Virus record (IMG/VR): IMGVR_UViG_3300021387_001337
Coordinates: 6,483-70,482 of that record
Strand: one strand, 5' to 3'
From: a virus
Lineage: Duplodnaviria > Caudoviricetes
DNA length: 64,000 bases
Part shown: positions 20,101 to 30,543 of the stretch, in pieces
Layout: every line of letters begins with the position of its first letter
Numbering within the stretch: position 1 is the stretch's first letter
Made by a program: the position numbers and the translations under genes
Notes under the pieces: model-generated
Told to the model about the DNA's origin: nothing
The model's database searches: none
Seen by the model: only the letters and a program-made list of their open reading frames with translations

Positions 20101-22060
20101 ATACTATCAGTCTCTCTTGGTACTTTGTGGTCAAGTCATCAGCAGTCTTATTAGCTGTCTTAACCAACTTGTCTGCAATCTGGCCAATCACATCAGGATT
20201 GTTAGCCATAGAACCTAGGTATCTATGAAAAACATCAATATCATCAATGCCTTCACCTTCTACCATATCAGCAATACTTTGAGAGTGCTCACCAAGAGCC
20301 TGCCTGCCATGCCAAATATCAGACCAAAGAAGTCCCGCAGTGGAAGTAACATACGTACTGCCATAAATATCTTCACAGAATCTTGCAAAGTATGCAGACT
20401 CTAGGTTAGTCAGTTCACTCTTAGTATGAGCTATAATATTCTTATAACTAATCAAGGCACTACGCATGTTGATAGATTTCCAAGTACCATTCTCATCTTG
20501 ATACCTCACATCATTCAAGGTAGAACCATTAGCCAATACCAGAGAGCCACCAAGATGGTTCTTGTCAAGGGCCTTGTCTATTAAGTCTAAGACTACTTCT
20601 GCACTTCTAAGAAATACTCTTGCTTGTCTAAGATATCTGCCATTGCGAGCCATATTTGCATAGAAATCAGAAGGATTCTGAAGGTTTACAGCTTTGAGCA
20701 TTTGGTCAATTTCCTTATCAGGACCAAGATAATCAGTGACCTGTACTAATGCCTGTACAATACCATCAAATGCAAACACATCAGCTCTTGCATCTACCAT
20801 CTGAAGAGCAGACTCACCACTTCTATTGTCAGTACCAGACAGTACTGCCATAGCAAGAGATGCCTGAGTCATGCCAGTAAACTGGTCTTGGGCTATAGCT
20901 TCCAGCTGTTTGGTCATTCTGCCTAACTCATCAATAGTATCTCTATACACCTTCTGATTGACAGTCAGTGCAGCATCATGCATTGTCTCAGGAATACTGA
21001 TAGCATTCTCTACAGAGAAGCTATTATCTCCTTCTACAAATCCATAGGCAATTCTATTAGCTATCTGTTCAGCCTTAGAAGCAGCCCATCTGACTTCATT
21101 ACCTGAGAAGCTGTAAAAGATTCTCTTGGCAAGATTGGCTATTCTATTAGCAAGAACCCTTGCAGGTCCCATATTATCTAGTTTCCTTTGTAAGGCTTTT
21201 CCTACCAATCTTCCTGCAACCTCTCTTTTAGCATTTGAACCTAGATTGGCATTATCATACTCTACATCACCTAGAGCCTCTTTCTGTACTTCTGGAGACT
21301 CAAGCAGTTTCTCTAACCTTTGAACTAAAGGGTTCTCACCTAAAGCACCTACAGCAAAGTGTCCTGCCTCTTCAGCAAAAGCATCAGAAGTATAACCATC
21401 CTTAGAAAGTTCTATCAGGCCATAAAGACCATCTTCCATTTTGACTGCATTTTCTGTAGAGTATCTACCTTCTTTTCTATTGCCTTCAAGAAATTTAACT
21501 GATACTCCATGGCTTCTTAATAAAGCTTTGAGTTTCCTTTCTAGTTCTTCATTATGCACTACATCATGGAGTTTCTTCCTCTCATTGGGAGTATTCCCCT
21601 CCACCTCCTCCTTCCCTTCGACACTGGTTACTGTCTTAGACTGGGGGACTACAGTTACATAGTACTCTCCTGAAGCTGTAGGAAACATAGTAGCAATTAC
21701 TTGGTCAGAGAAAGTATTATTATCATTAAAGTCCTGAATTCTTTTTAAAGCTTCATCATAACTATATACTCCCTCGCCAATATCCTTATTAAGTACTTGG
21801 AGAAGTTTGTCACTTTCAATATCTATCTTGGCTATATACCTCAATGAACTAAAAGTAATCTCTCCATTCTCATCAGTTTGAAACTCCTGGTACTCTCTTG
21901 CTTTAGAGAGAAATTCAGGAGAAGTTCCTACTGCATAGTACTCTTTTGCTAACTCCCTATTATTAGATGTATAGTGGAGCAGATCATTAAATAACCTGCT
22001 TTTCACTACACTTCCATCTGGGCGTTTAACATGTGCTAAAATTGTACATGACTTACTCAT
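17168..22060 (-). CDS. Large virion cargo protein of crAss-like phages (1630 aa)
   Basis: Size, position directly downstream of the RNAP gene, degenerate zincin-like FAEEAGH motif near the N-terminus. Confidence 0.7.
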   Translation of the reverse strand: MSKSCTILAHVKRPDGSVVKSRLFNDLLHYTSNNRELAKEYYAVGTSPEFLSKAREYQEFQTDENGEITFSSLRYIAKIDIESDKLLQVLNKDIGEGVYSYDEALKRIQDFNDNNTFSDQVIATMFPTASGEYYVTVVPQSKTVTSVEGKEEVEGNTPNERKKLHDVVHNEELERKLKALLRSHGVSVKFLEGNRKEGRYSTENAVKMEDGLYGLIELSKDGYTSDAFAEEAGHFAVGALGENPLVQRLEKLLESPEVQKEALGDVEYDNANLGSNAKREVAGRLVGKALQRKLDNMGPARVLANRIANLAKRIFYSFSGNEVRWAASKAEQIANRIAYGFVEGDNSFSVENAISIPETMHDAALTVNQKVYRDTIDELGRMTKQLEAIAQDQFTGMTQASLAMAVLSGTDNRSGESALQMVDARADVFAFDGIVQALVQVTDYLGPDKEIDQMLKAVNLQNPSDFYANMARNGRYLRQARVFLRSAEVVLDLIDKALDKNHLGGSLVLANGSTLNDVRYQDENGTWKSINMRSALISYKNIIAHTKSELTNLESAYFARFCEDIYGSTYVTSTAGLLWSDIWHGRQALGEHSQSIADMVEGEGIDDIDVFHRYLGSMANNPDVIGQIADKLVKTANKTADDLTTKYQERLIVLKERAERLGLDVSDLVEKDENGIPTGNLITAPAAPTREGNQEEDAIYDTYMGELGYVPAVHYGSWEKARDEFKKQVWEDFKTANPNWSTMSGFTRGFKWDQYLRPLMKDWNAHNSIKVEIKDPVTHEVLYVKWVPNAIYASDQWDKVKAKYPDKNGESLERWLYDYRQIKYELDSMLPVGSTTSYRLPQFRGTFMNSVRNSTPLEKGVFKTANAWRKTFGRRVILENFVETSEDTDYGDLNSMNSPDEELLGTRLNYEEERAARIPVFGINKLKNMQDLSTDLFHSMLAYASMATSYQCLDNVVDGLEVGAEALYNRNIQGKETIWEKGSKKVGSSWREMTGRHETRATGSKNRAYGRYIKFLDKQVYGISATYWGIPIGKGRRILLNKVIQNISSLGGTLFLKGNVLGGAVNTLTGFNNIFKEAVTGDYFTAKDWAYAHKYYFQHLPQLWTPGNLRQDDKLHLFLQEMNTSSNNRERFRNWKTSRSKLNNFYRCLGYLPYSSGDHYMQAMSYLAVAHGTTLYDVYGNAEGNLWDAYKQTPNKDDSGVTKGYTLEFTKFNPLSASEITSDVLNDKGVFLKPVTKSTVDFEDWLVYQDEQFADETYKKDHVDEYNAYRDQYNALTDKQIMQFRAYKYNILSSILQKTEDYLSSASPLTAVPTFDSAEQQYLRYRGVGTGNYNDILQTVKDDIYNIIWTKSDESAYMDKCRETNNRLHGIYNEQDKTAWHQQWYTNAFLAMKGWALGYLEMMYSNNHYSVALDRNVEGFVNTALKVHASWVSGMFGNKNALSFWDMLISMMAPWSKRSMKAMQDAGFSEEQNMNARRMAASAFLMGLLLALRLATARGGGDDDDKEIDQTTGLVYYFAMRTLLEQEALLYIPETFMQSGQLLDFVPVGVSALYDLGQLGYQGIGVAIGEETDKDFFYQQDDKNGKYEKYDSKFEKHLERVVPYWKSWWAIEHPYEAADNYEFGRKLRTR

Positions 22061-22104
22061 TATATCTTCTTTTTTAAAGCGTTATCCTGAAATAATCTTC
22101 TACC

Positions 22105-25100
22105 TTAACAACCCATCATAGGATTACCTTGATCATCTAACATCAATACTCCATTCTTTCTACAAGCCTGCCTCAATGCTGTAACAGTATCCATCAAATC
22201 ATCAAAGCTCTGGCTTTTCAGAAGAGTCTTGATGCCATCAATCTGAGCTTGAGACACAGCACCTTGATCTCTCATTCTTAGACCTTCTATATAGTCGTTG
22301 AAAATAGCATCCTCAAGAGACTGTCTCATAGCATCCAAACCACTGGCATCACCATTAGGAGTATCAGTAGCTGGTTCTTTTCCAATGCCATTACCATTAG
22401 AGGCTTCAGTAGGAGTCATTGATTCTATTGCTGCCTCTTCCTCAGGTTCTACATAATTCTCATTCCTCTGAGGCTCTGCATTCATAGATGTTTGATACCT
22501 CATAGTAGGAGTTAGTTTCTGATTGATGTCATACTCAATGGTCTTAGAAGAGCCCCAAGGAACAACCTTTTTATAAGTAATGCTTAACTGTTTATTGACA
22601 TTAAATCCTAAATCAGTATTGCTCTCAGCCATATAATAGGAATCTCCAATCTTAATACAAGGAGCCCAAGTAACACTCTGAATCTTTCCATCAGGAGTTT
22701 CTACTTTTACCAAGCTACTAAGAGCAGACATATCACTATCATTTTGATATTTGCTAATGTCAATAGTAATAGAATCCCTGAACTTCATACCATCTCTAAG
22801 GGTATTACCATTCTGAGAAGTCTGTTCAGTAATAATCTCCTTTAGACGTTTGTTGCCTATAGCAGTATCAAGAACAAATCTCATGTTGTCTAAATGATTG
22901 AGAATCCACATTTGAGCAAACTCATCTTCATTGAGCCCTCTTTCAGTACCATCTAAGACTTCATTAAGGAACTGACGGTAAGTCCTATTCCTTCCATAAG
23001 AAACCCTTTTCTTGCTTTCCTGAGACACATTATCTAAGGTAGACTGAGAGAATCTAATATTAGAGGGAATATCCGTACCAATGAAGTTATGGGCAAACAT
23101 ATCAAACTCCTTTTGAGTAAGTTCCCTATCAATTTTGAAGGTTAGTTCAGGATGACTCTTAGCCTCATTGATAAAAGCCAGTACAGATGCATAAGTCAAC
23201 TTGTCTGGTAACTGGTAAGTATTACCAGTCAACTCTCCTTCTATAGACCTGTTAGCACCATATTCTTCAGCTCTTTCATAGCCACCAATAACACTTGGCG
23301 ACCATACCACTACATCATCCTTAGACTCATGGATATTATTAAATCCTTGAAGAGGAAGACCTTGGTTTCTCTCTACTATAATACTGTCCTTAACAGCAGT
23401 AGGAGCAAGATGCATGAAGGAGAGGGGACTAAAGTCAAAGCCCAACTGATAGAAGCAATACATAAAGAGGTCTCGTCCTAACTCAGCATAGTCTTGAGAA
23501 TCAAAATAACCATCTTCCTTTACCTCCATCAAATAAGCCCAAGACTCTCTGATGGCCTCTTTAGTGTCAGCATCCATACCACCAATATCCTGCATAGAGA
23601 TTTTCCAAGTTTCTTTGTATTCAGGCAAACCTGTTACTGGATTCTTACCAGCCTCTATTTGTTCAGACTCAGGACTAAGATATTTGAATATCTCCAGCTT
23701 ACCAAGACCATCAGGATCAGCTGCTATCATAGACATCAAGTCCTCAGCAAACTTTTCTTTATAGTATTCCCTATTAGTCATATTCATTCTCTCTCCATCC
23801 TTTACATGTGCTGCTTCACCATTGAATAGAGACTTTGTCTGCTTAGCTAATAGAGCTACAGGAATGTTGCTATGAATGGCATTGATGTCATCCTCATTAA
23901 GAGTCCCAAACCTTGCAAGACTTTGCATCTTATCGCGCATAGCAGTATATAAGGTCCTTTCATAGGGGAAGTACTTAGACAGAAGCTTGATAGCCCTACG
24001 ATTAGCATCATACATAGCTTGCTCATAAGCAAAGGGATTGAATCTGACATAATGCAAATATTCCTGCTTCTTCATAGTGGTCAGCTTCTCGTCATTATCT
24101 ATAGGCATAGACATCAGACCTGTAGCAGATGCACTAGTAGCAACTTCCATCTTATAACTGAGAGAGCCTTTATCTTTCTCACTCTTGGGAAATTTATCCA
24201 CATATCTATCCACCTTCAGCTGCTGTGCATACATACCACCAAAGGTAGAACTTACAGCATTGGAAGCAGTGAACTTAGTATTAAGCACAAAGTTAGAGAT
24301 GTCAGAAGAAACCTGAAGAATATGACTGAAAAGGTCTAAGACTGCATACTGCATCTTTGCATTTTCTGCTAAGAAATCATCCTGAGTCTTTCCATCCTCC
24401 AGCATCAGTCTTTCACCAACAATGCCCATAGCTAAATCATTCTCAGTAATAGCTACTTTCTGATTAGGATTATATCCAGTCAGATTAGCCATCAGCTCTT
24501 TCTTAGCATCTTCAACTACTGAAGATATGTTGGCACCTCTGTTAAAGGCATCTTGACATACTTTACGAATGATAGGTTGATTGAATAGTAAGCCAATCTC
24601 TTTAGTAGTATAACCAATTCTAGCCAACAGAGCACCTGCATCAGCTGTTAGGGTATTAAGATTCAAGAAGTTCAGCACAGGATCTTTTACAGCATCCACA
24701 GAAGCTGCCAAAAATTCTGCCATATTCAAGTCAATCCTTGCAGCTTCATCCTTATCCCTCTTATGTAAAAGGTCTTTGAAAGACTTACCACAGAACTCTA
24801 TAGGCTCATTCAACTCAAAGACATCCATAGAAGATGCAAAGGCATGGTTGGTATTTTGGTTAGCAAAGATACCAATTAACTTGCCAGCTACCTGATTCTG
24901 CTGATTATACACCAATATGGTATAGGGGTCAGTAGGGTCATAGTTAGGCTCTGGGTCAGTATTACTGTCCTGTCTTTGCTCTAGAGCAGACATATTGACA
25001 TTACCTCCATTGACTACTCCTGTTAAGTCACCATGAAATAACTCACGCATTAACCTTGCTGCCTTAGAAGCATTAGCAAATCCACCAGGAGTATATCTCT

Positions 25101-28100
25101 GTTTGACTGTCTGGGGGTCCATCAGCCTTGCCTGAATCAAAGTGATAAGAAGATTATTCCTTGCAGCCCTTGTGTTTTCTTCAGGAGCCTTATTGAAATC
25201 ATACTCCTCCATCCACTCAGTAGTGATGCCCTTAGTCTGATTAAGGTCTGGAGTAATACCATGAGCCTGTGCAGTCATGGCAAAGGCAGTACCCTTATCA
25301 TAGCCAAAGTTTTCTTTAATACCAGCAGCATCCCAATAGGAATTAAGAGTAGTCTTATGAATAGTTCTGACTCTGCCTGTGTCTTGACCTTGCTTATTAT
25401 ATATAGGCTTAGTCTCTACTAAGTCAGGATTATTTGCCTCTACCTCCTCCCTGTCCCTCTCCAGAGCCTCTTTGATTTCAGGGTTCTCCTCATAAAAATC
25501 CCACCAGATGCTATACTTCTGATTGTCTGAGAAATTACTCTCCACATAAGACTTGTCATTGTAGTGTTTATGGTACTCACGTAACATAAAGTATAGCTTA
25601 TCAATATCAAAGTCAAAGCCTGCAATAGAAGTACCTTCAGGTGGAACCTTTAGAGTACCACCAGCAGTCTTAGGAGTAAACCTCTTAATCTGGCAGTTAA
25701 TCATAGAGTAGTCCCTCTCAGTAGGAATACGATAAGCCAGAATACTTAAGATGTCAGGATATTCAGTCTCAATAAGAGGCTTATATACTTTAGCCTCTGG
25801 ATCATCATACTTACAGGGAACTAACTTTCCATCTACTTCCTTATAGGTGTAGGACTGATACTTCTTCCACTCACGATTGGTCTTACCATCAGTACCTGTC
25901 TTTTCAATAGGTTCTCCTGAAGGAATTAAGTTGCCATCAGGGAAGCAATACTTGTCAAAGGGAAGATTAACCTTCTGCTTAGTAACATTACCATTAGCAT
26001 CCTTTACATCCATCATGAAAGACTTATCAAAAGGCATCTCTATCTCAGCATAGAGAACATTAGCTTCATTGTCTGGGTCAATAACATATCTCAGACCACC
26101 ATCTTCTTCATAGCCATCAATACCAAAGGCACTAACCTGAACAGCAGAACCACCAGAGATTTGCTGCTTATTGACTATCTTCTTGAAGGTAGAGAGAATC
26201 AGTGCTGCTGCATCATGTTCCAAACCACCCTCAAATAGGGGAATCATAAACTTCTGAAGGTGCTCATCATTGCCCGTAACTACATAAGCAAAGAGATTAT
26301 CCATAGCCTCCCGCATAGAACCTACAGTAGATTGCTGAAGCAAGTTACTCAACTCCTCAATATTACCCGCATTCTGGGCAAATTTCTCATAAGAATCAAA
26401 GATATTGGCACAAATTAGTGAGTTATACAAAGCCAGTAGGTTTCTACCATTTAAAGATACCTGGGCATTTGTAGTACCATTATCAGTAGAGAGATTAACA
26501 TGACCATTAAAATTAGCTATACCCTCTAAGTAGGGAGTAAAGTCAAGTCCCATATCCAAACCAGCCATAATCAGTTTTCTAACCTGAGTACCAAAGAGCT
26601 GAGAGCTATTGATATGCTCAGGAACATTGGTCTGAATTCTATAGTCTTTATAGGGAAGTTCGTGGATATAAGCAGCATTCATAGCAGCATTAAGACCTTC
26701 CTTGTCAGTAACCCCATCTAACTTAGCCTGACCAAAGATACCTACCTTGCCAATTTTAGTAGAGCCTACCATATCAACATTATGGGCCTCCATCCAGTTA
26801 GCAAGGTCACGGAGCTTAGAGCCTTTAGGCATTAGCTCAGGAATAATCAAAGCCTCTGCATACTTATGCTGAACAGGAATATACTGATAGGTATTAATCA
26901 TTAAGGGTTGTCCATTAGTTCCCATAACTACATTACCTTGAGCATCTCTTTTGGCAATTCTAATAGGATACTTCTCATGAGTAAACATATAAGGCTTGAT
27001 AGGCTGAAGCACCAACATAAAGTCAGCAATCTGCTGCCTTTCATCATCAGTAATTTCAGAGTCATCAACAATATGTTTATTTCTGATTTGCATGATGGCC
27101 TTATAAGCTTCCTCCATATCCCTTGTCCACTGACCAGCCATACCCTTTACTCTACGATAGGAAGTAAGAGTTCTATAGCCCTGACCATCAGTAAGAGAAT
27201 TCTTTCTGTAAGTATCATAGATGTCACTGTCCTTACCAAAGTTCAGCTCTACCATACGCATGAATTCCTTATTAGTATCTTCTGAGTTGACAGTAATATC
27301 ATCAAAGTAAGCTACACGCTCAATACCATCAGGAGAATAAAGGAATCCATCAAAGTCTCTTGCCATCACATCCAGTACATTACCAGGAGCATGAATCTCC
27401 TTATAACGCTTCTGAAGGTCTTTTGTTCCATGATAGAATGAAGGATCAATAGTCATTATCTGAAGTTGCTGGGCAGTAGCCAATTTAGTATTCCAGAAGA
27501 ATTCTTGAAGTTTCTCTCTGATGTTTTCAGGAGTAGCAAAGCTACTGATATTCCTAAATACCTCTTTCTTTCCTTGCTTAGCAGTTTCCAATACACCAAG
27601 GTTCTGCATTCTATTTTGGAAAGTTTCTGTAGCATCATCCATATACTGACGAATAATCTGACGAATAGTACTTTCATCAAACTCTTTACCAGCAGGAATA
27701 GCATACTTATCCTGATACTCCTGAGAGGAGGGATTAAGGAAAGTGAGGATACTAAATTCACCTTTAGGATGCTTGACTTTCTTACCATTAGCATACATAT
27801 CATGTGCCATAGCATCCTCTATAGCCATTCTGCGCTTCTCCTGTATATAGATGTTCCAGAATTGCTCAATAACTCTTTCCTGAGCATCAGCATCAAATCT
27901 ATACTCAATCTTAGTCCTTGTGTTATCAGCAGCATCAACTACCTTACCTTCCTTATTTACCCATACAGCTGAAGAGATTCTTGGTGCTCTAATATATTTA
28001 CTCACACCAGCATCACCAAGAATAAACACAGGATACATAGCAGAGAGTTTCTTACGAATATCCCTGCTGCCTTTACCACCATATCCTTTCTTCTGTTGTT

Positions 28101-30408
28101 CATCAGCAAAGAAGTGAACTAGCATATCAATGCCATGCTCTCTTGAGGTGAAGTCTTCAAACTTTTTATCTTCCCTACCAAGGTCTCTTTCATAATTGAA
28201 AATAGCTGCTACAGAGTCGAGTAGGGTAGTCCTTGGGTCTTTACAAGCAGCTATCAAGTCAGAAAGCCACATGTTAAGAATTCTACCAGACTGACCATTG
28301 GTAGCCAAATACTCATCATCTACAAAGAAAGGACTCTGAAGATACTCTTCTATTAGGAACTTCTGAAGACCTGGTTTGTCATTTGTCTCTACAAATTGCT
28401 GAATGGTTTCCAGTCTGTCACCTAAGTAGGAAGGAGATACAAAGCTATACATAGTATTGCCTTGATATCTGGCTCTTGACTCCACTCTGTAACCTTCCTG
28501 ATGTTTATTGATAACATCTAGCAGTTTCTCAGAATGTTCCTTCACAGGAGTTGTTCTTGTCTCAGGGTCAGTAACCTTGTTATAAAGACCTCTGAACTTC
28601 ATGTGCTTTGTCTGAAGGTTCTCTACATTCTTAGTTCCCAAAGATTTTACACCAGCAGCATAGAGAATACCAGTATTACCTTTGGGGTCAAAGAGTTGTT
28701 CCAGCTGCTCCCTGACAGTGTAGATGTCCCTTGATGTCAAGATGCTATCAATGGCATCAACTGTAACATCATATCCTAAGGAGGTAAAGACCTCCATCAG
28801 AAATTCCCTACGCATCTCAAAGGTAAGAGGAACTGTCTTGCCATCAATAGTAATAGTAGCATTACGACCATTATTAATCAAAGGTACATTGCTAGCTCCA
28901 TACACTTGACCAAAAGCTGCAAGAGCAGGATCTACCTCTTCATGTGTCCAGTCAAGTACCTTTTTTCTAAGCTCAGCTAGTCTTTCCCAGTTAATTTCCT
29001 TGGTATTCTCATCAAAGATAGGGGTATAACCCCACATCTTAACATTAACTGGAAACTTACCTCTGGATGACATAACCATATCATACTTACCCTTCAGTAC
29101 ATTGGTAGGTCTGTTAAGAATTCTAGTCTTAATGTTTTTAATAAAACTATTGCCCTCACGCTTGTCTTCCCACATTACTGAGTAGGGCTGGAAGTTTTTC
29201 TTAAAGTCACAGAAGAACTGAGTTCTTGCCTGAGGATTAGACACAAGTATATCTACTATAGGCTGCATCCAAGGAATCTTAGCTTCCCCAGGCTTACCTG
29301 CCTTACAGAGTTTCTTTAGCATGTCCTCTGAGTCCTGAATACCTTTGAGAAATTCCATTAAAGCCTGATGGGTTTTAGTGGCATCCATGAACTGCTGATT
29401 TCCCAAATCATCTACCACAGGGACAGACTTCATACCAGTATATCTGCGTTTCTTCTGACCGTCAGTTGTAGTGTATTCCTCATATTCAGGAACCATTTCT
29501 ACCTGAGGAACTGTAGCAAGAATCCTTCTAACCTGTTGCCCAACAGAACCAAAAGCACTCTGAAGGTCTGAGTTCTCCATCCAGCCATCACGTTTGGATT
29601 CAGACATATCCCATTTGGCAGCAATGTCATTATCACCATAGTTATCAGAAGAAGCAGCTGCTGCAAATTCTTTCTTAATTCCTAACTTCACTCCCTCCTT
29701 CTTTACAAGGTCTTTTAAGACGAAGGGTATCAGTTCATTCCAGTTTTCAAGCAGCTTGGAGTACTCCTCAAATCTATGCTCACACATTTTCTGAAACTCA
29801 TCTACAGTAGTAGGAGCACCTATAAAGTTTAGCCTTCCTGCTTCTTGGTAGGCTTTAAATCCTTCTGTAGGATTATTCATTAGCCTGAACCAGTTAGCTC
29901 TTGTTTCATGAACAAGATTATACACTCCATCAAGGATGGCAGCTTCTCCACCAATATGCTGGCCATCAATAGTTATAAAGCCATTTACAAAGCTTTGCCT
30001 GTCAGCATGAGAACCTTCCATAAGTCTGTCTACTTCCCAAGAGAAAAGATTAGAGAGAAGACTAATTCTACTCTTTCTTTCATGCAAGGAGTAGGCATGT
30101 CTTAGAGCATCATAAGCTCTATCTATATGTCTTGTGCCACTTGCCATCCTTGACTGTTGCTTCATCTTGATGCCAGCCCTGAACTTCATCAATTTATCAG
30201 CAGCCTTGTCAAGATCAGCATCTGTAGGATTATCTGGTAGTAAAGGTTCTGTACCAGTCTCTTCAGCATTTTGGTCATAAAGTCCTCTCAAGGAGGCTAT
30301 CTTCATGGGGTTCATACCCTTATTGCCCATTTGGGCACTCCAGCCAAACTTACTGGCAATATGGCCATCAATTTTCTTGTTAACTATGTAACACTTATGA
30401 CTTGTCAT
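22105..30408 (-). CDS. crAss-like virion DNA-dependent RNA polymerase (2767 aa)
   Basis: Catalytic loop GFDFDIDKLYF at about 25590-25622, preceded by YRIPT; DxDxD loop of the phi14:2 gp66-type single-chain virion RNAP. Confidence 0.92.
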   Translation of the reverse strand: MTSHKCYIVNKKIDGHIASKFGWSAQMGNKGMNPMKIASLRGLYDQNAEETGTEPLLPDNPTDADLDKAADKLMKFRAGIKMKQQSRMASGTRHIDRAYDALRHAYSLHERKSRISLLSNLFSWEVDRLMEGSHADRQSFVNGFITIDGQHIGGEAAILDGVYNLVHETRANWFRLMNNPTEGFKAYQEAGRLNFIGAPTTVDEFQKMCEHRFEEYSKLLENWNELIPFVLKDLVKKEGVKLGIKKEFAAAASSDNYGDNDIAAKWDMSESKRDGWMENSDLQSAFGSVGQQVRRILATVPQVEMVPEYEEYTTTDGQKKRRYTGMKSVPVVDDLGNQQFMDATKTHQALMEFLKGIQDSEDMLKKLCKAGKPGEAKIPWMQPIVDILVSNPQARTQFFCDFKKNFQPYSVMWEDKREGNSFIKNIKTRILNRPTNVLKGKYDMVMSSRGKFPVNVKMWGYTPIFDENTKEINWERLAELRKKVLDWTHEEVDPALAAFGQVYGASNVPLINNGRNATITIDGKTVPLTFEMRREFLMEVFTSLGYDVTVDAIDSILTSRDIYTVREQLEQLFDPKGNTGILYAAGVKSLGTKNVENLQTKHMKFRGLYNKVTDPETRTTPVKEHSEKLLDVINKHQEGYRVESRARYQGNTMYSFVSPSYLGDRLETIQQFVETNDKPGLQKFLIEEYLQSPFFVDDEYLATNGQSGRILNMWLSDLIAACKDPRTTLLDSVAAIFNYERDLGREDKKFEDFTSREHGIDMLVHFFADEQQKKGYGGKGSRDIRKKLSAMYPVFILGDAGVSKYIRAPRISSAVWVNKEGKVVDAADNTRTKIEYRFDADAQERVIEQFWNIYIQEKRRMAIEDAMAHDMYANGKKVKHPKGEFSILTFLNPSSQEYQDKYAIPAGKEFDESTIRQIIRQYMDDATETFQNRMQNLGVLETAKQGKKEVFRNISSFATPENIREKLQEFFWNTKLATAQQLQIMTIDPSFYHGTKDLQKRYKEIHAPGNVLDVMARDFDGFLYSPDGIERVAYFDDITVNSEDTNKEFMRMVELNFGKDSDIYDTYRKNSLTDGQGYRTLTSYRRVKGMAGQWTRDMEEAYKAIMQIRNKHIVDDSEITDDERQQIADFMLVLQPIKPYMFTHEKYPIRIAKRDAQGNVVMGTNGQPLMINTYQYIPVQHKYAEALIIPELMPKGSKLRDLANWMEAHNVDMVGSTKIGKVGIFGQAKLDGVTDKEGLNAAMNAAYIHELPYKDYRIQTNVPEHINSSQLFGTQVRKLIMAGLDMGLDFTPYLEGIANFNGHVNLSTDNGTTNAQVSLNGRNLLALYNSLICANIFDSYEKFAQNAGNIEELSNLLQQSTVGSMREAMDNLFAYVVTGNDEHLQKFMIPLFEGGLEHDAAALILSTFKKIVNKQQISGGSAVQVSAFGIDGYEEDGGLRYVIDPDNEANVLYAEIEMPFDKSFMMDVKDANGNVTKQKVNLPFDKYCFPDGNLIPSGEPIEKTGTDGKTNREWKKYQSYTYKEVDGKLVPCKYDDPEAKVYKPLIETEYPDILSILAYRIPTERDYSMINCQIKRFTPKTAGGTLKVPPEGTSIAGFDFDIDKLYFMLREYHKHYNDKSYVESNFSDNQKYSIWWDFYEENPEIKEALERDREEVEANNPDLVETKPIYNKQGQDTGRVRTIHKTTLNSYWDAAGIKENFGYDKGTAFAMTAQAHGITPDLNQTKGITTEWMEEYDFNKAPEENTRAARNNLLITLIQARLMDPQTVKQRYTPGGFANASKAARLMRELFHGDLTGVVNGGNVNMSALEQRQDSNTDPEPNYDPTDPYTILVYNQQNQVAGKLIGIFANQNTNHAFASSMDVFELNEPIEFCGKSFKDLLHKRDKDEAARIDLNMAEFLAASVDAVKDPVLNFLNLNTLTADAGALLARIGYTTKEIGLLFNQPIIRKVCQDAFNRGANISSVVEDAKKELMANLTGYNPNQKVAITENDLAMGIVGERLMLEDGKTQDDFLAENAKMQYAVLDLFSHILQVSSDISNFVLNTKFTASNAVSSTFGGMYAQQLKVDRYVDKFPKSEKDKGSLSYKMEVATSASATGLMSMPIDNDEKLTTMKKQEYLHYVRFNPFAYEQAMYDANRRAIKLLSKYFPYERTLYTAMRDKMQSLARFGTLNEDDINAIHSNIPVALLAKQTKSLFNGEAAHVKDGERMNMTNREYYKEKFAEDLMSMIAADPDGLGKLEIFKYLSPESEQIEAGKNPVTGLPEYKETWKISMQDIGGMDADTKEAIRESWAYLMEVKEDGYFDSQDYAELGRDLFMYCFYQLGFDFSPLSFMHLAPTAVKDSIIVERNQGLPLQGFNNIHESKDDVVVWSPSVIGGYERAEEYGANRSIEGELTGNTYQLPDKLTYASVLAFINEAKSHPELTFKIDRELTQKEFDMFAHNFIGTDIPSNIRFSQSTLDNVSQESKKRVSYGRNRTYRQFLNEVLDGTERGLNEDEFAQMWILNHLDNMRFVLDTAIGNKRLKEIITEQTSQNGNTLRDGMKFRDSITIDISKYQNDSDMSALSSLVKVETPDGKIQSVTWAPCIKIGDSYYMAESNTDLGFNVNKQLSITYKKVVPWGSSKTIEYDINQKLTPTMRYQTSMNAEPQRNENYVEPEEEAAIESMTPTEASNGNGIGKEPATDTPNGDASGLDAMRQSLEDAIFNDYIEGLRMRDQGAVSQAQIDGIKTLLKSQSFDDLMDTVTALRQACRKNGVLMLDDQGNPMMGC

Positions 30409-30435
30409 TTGATGTTATTATTAAAAATTCTTAGG

Positions 30436-30443
30436 CAAAGGTA
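30436..30443 (-). promoter_or_regulatory. -7 promoter element for the RNAP gene
   Basis: TACCTTTG 28 nt upstream of the ATG, downstream of a terminator. Confidence 0.55.
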
Positions 30444-30508
30444 GTGCTTTTACTTATAGTTTCAGTAAGTTTAAGCAAAGTCTTAACCATATTTAAAGGG
30501 TTCGTTAG

Positions 30509-30542
30509 AAAAAGAAAGGGAACAGCATAGCCATTCCCTTTT
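30509..30542 (-). terminator. Terminator closing the small-gene block
   Basis: AAAAGGGAATGGC-TAT-GCTGTTCCCTTTCTTTT on the minus strand. Confidence 0.75.
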
Positions 30543-30543
30543 A

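Noticed and set aside
17890-29571. Many 60-170 aa ORFs on the strand opposite the large genes (also elsewhere, e.g. 8316-9080, 41421-41966)
   Set aside because: They lie entirely antisense to well-supported genes and have no motifs; treated as shadow ORFs.
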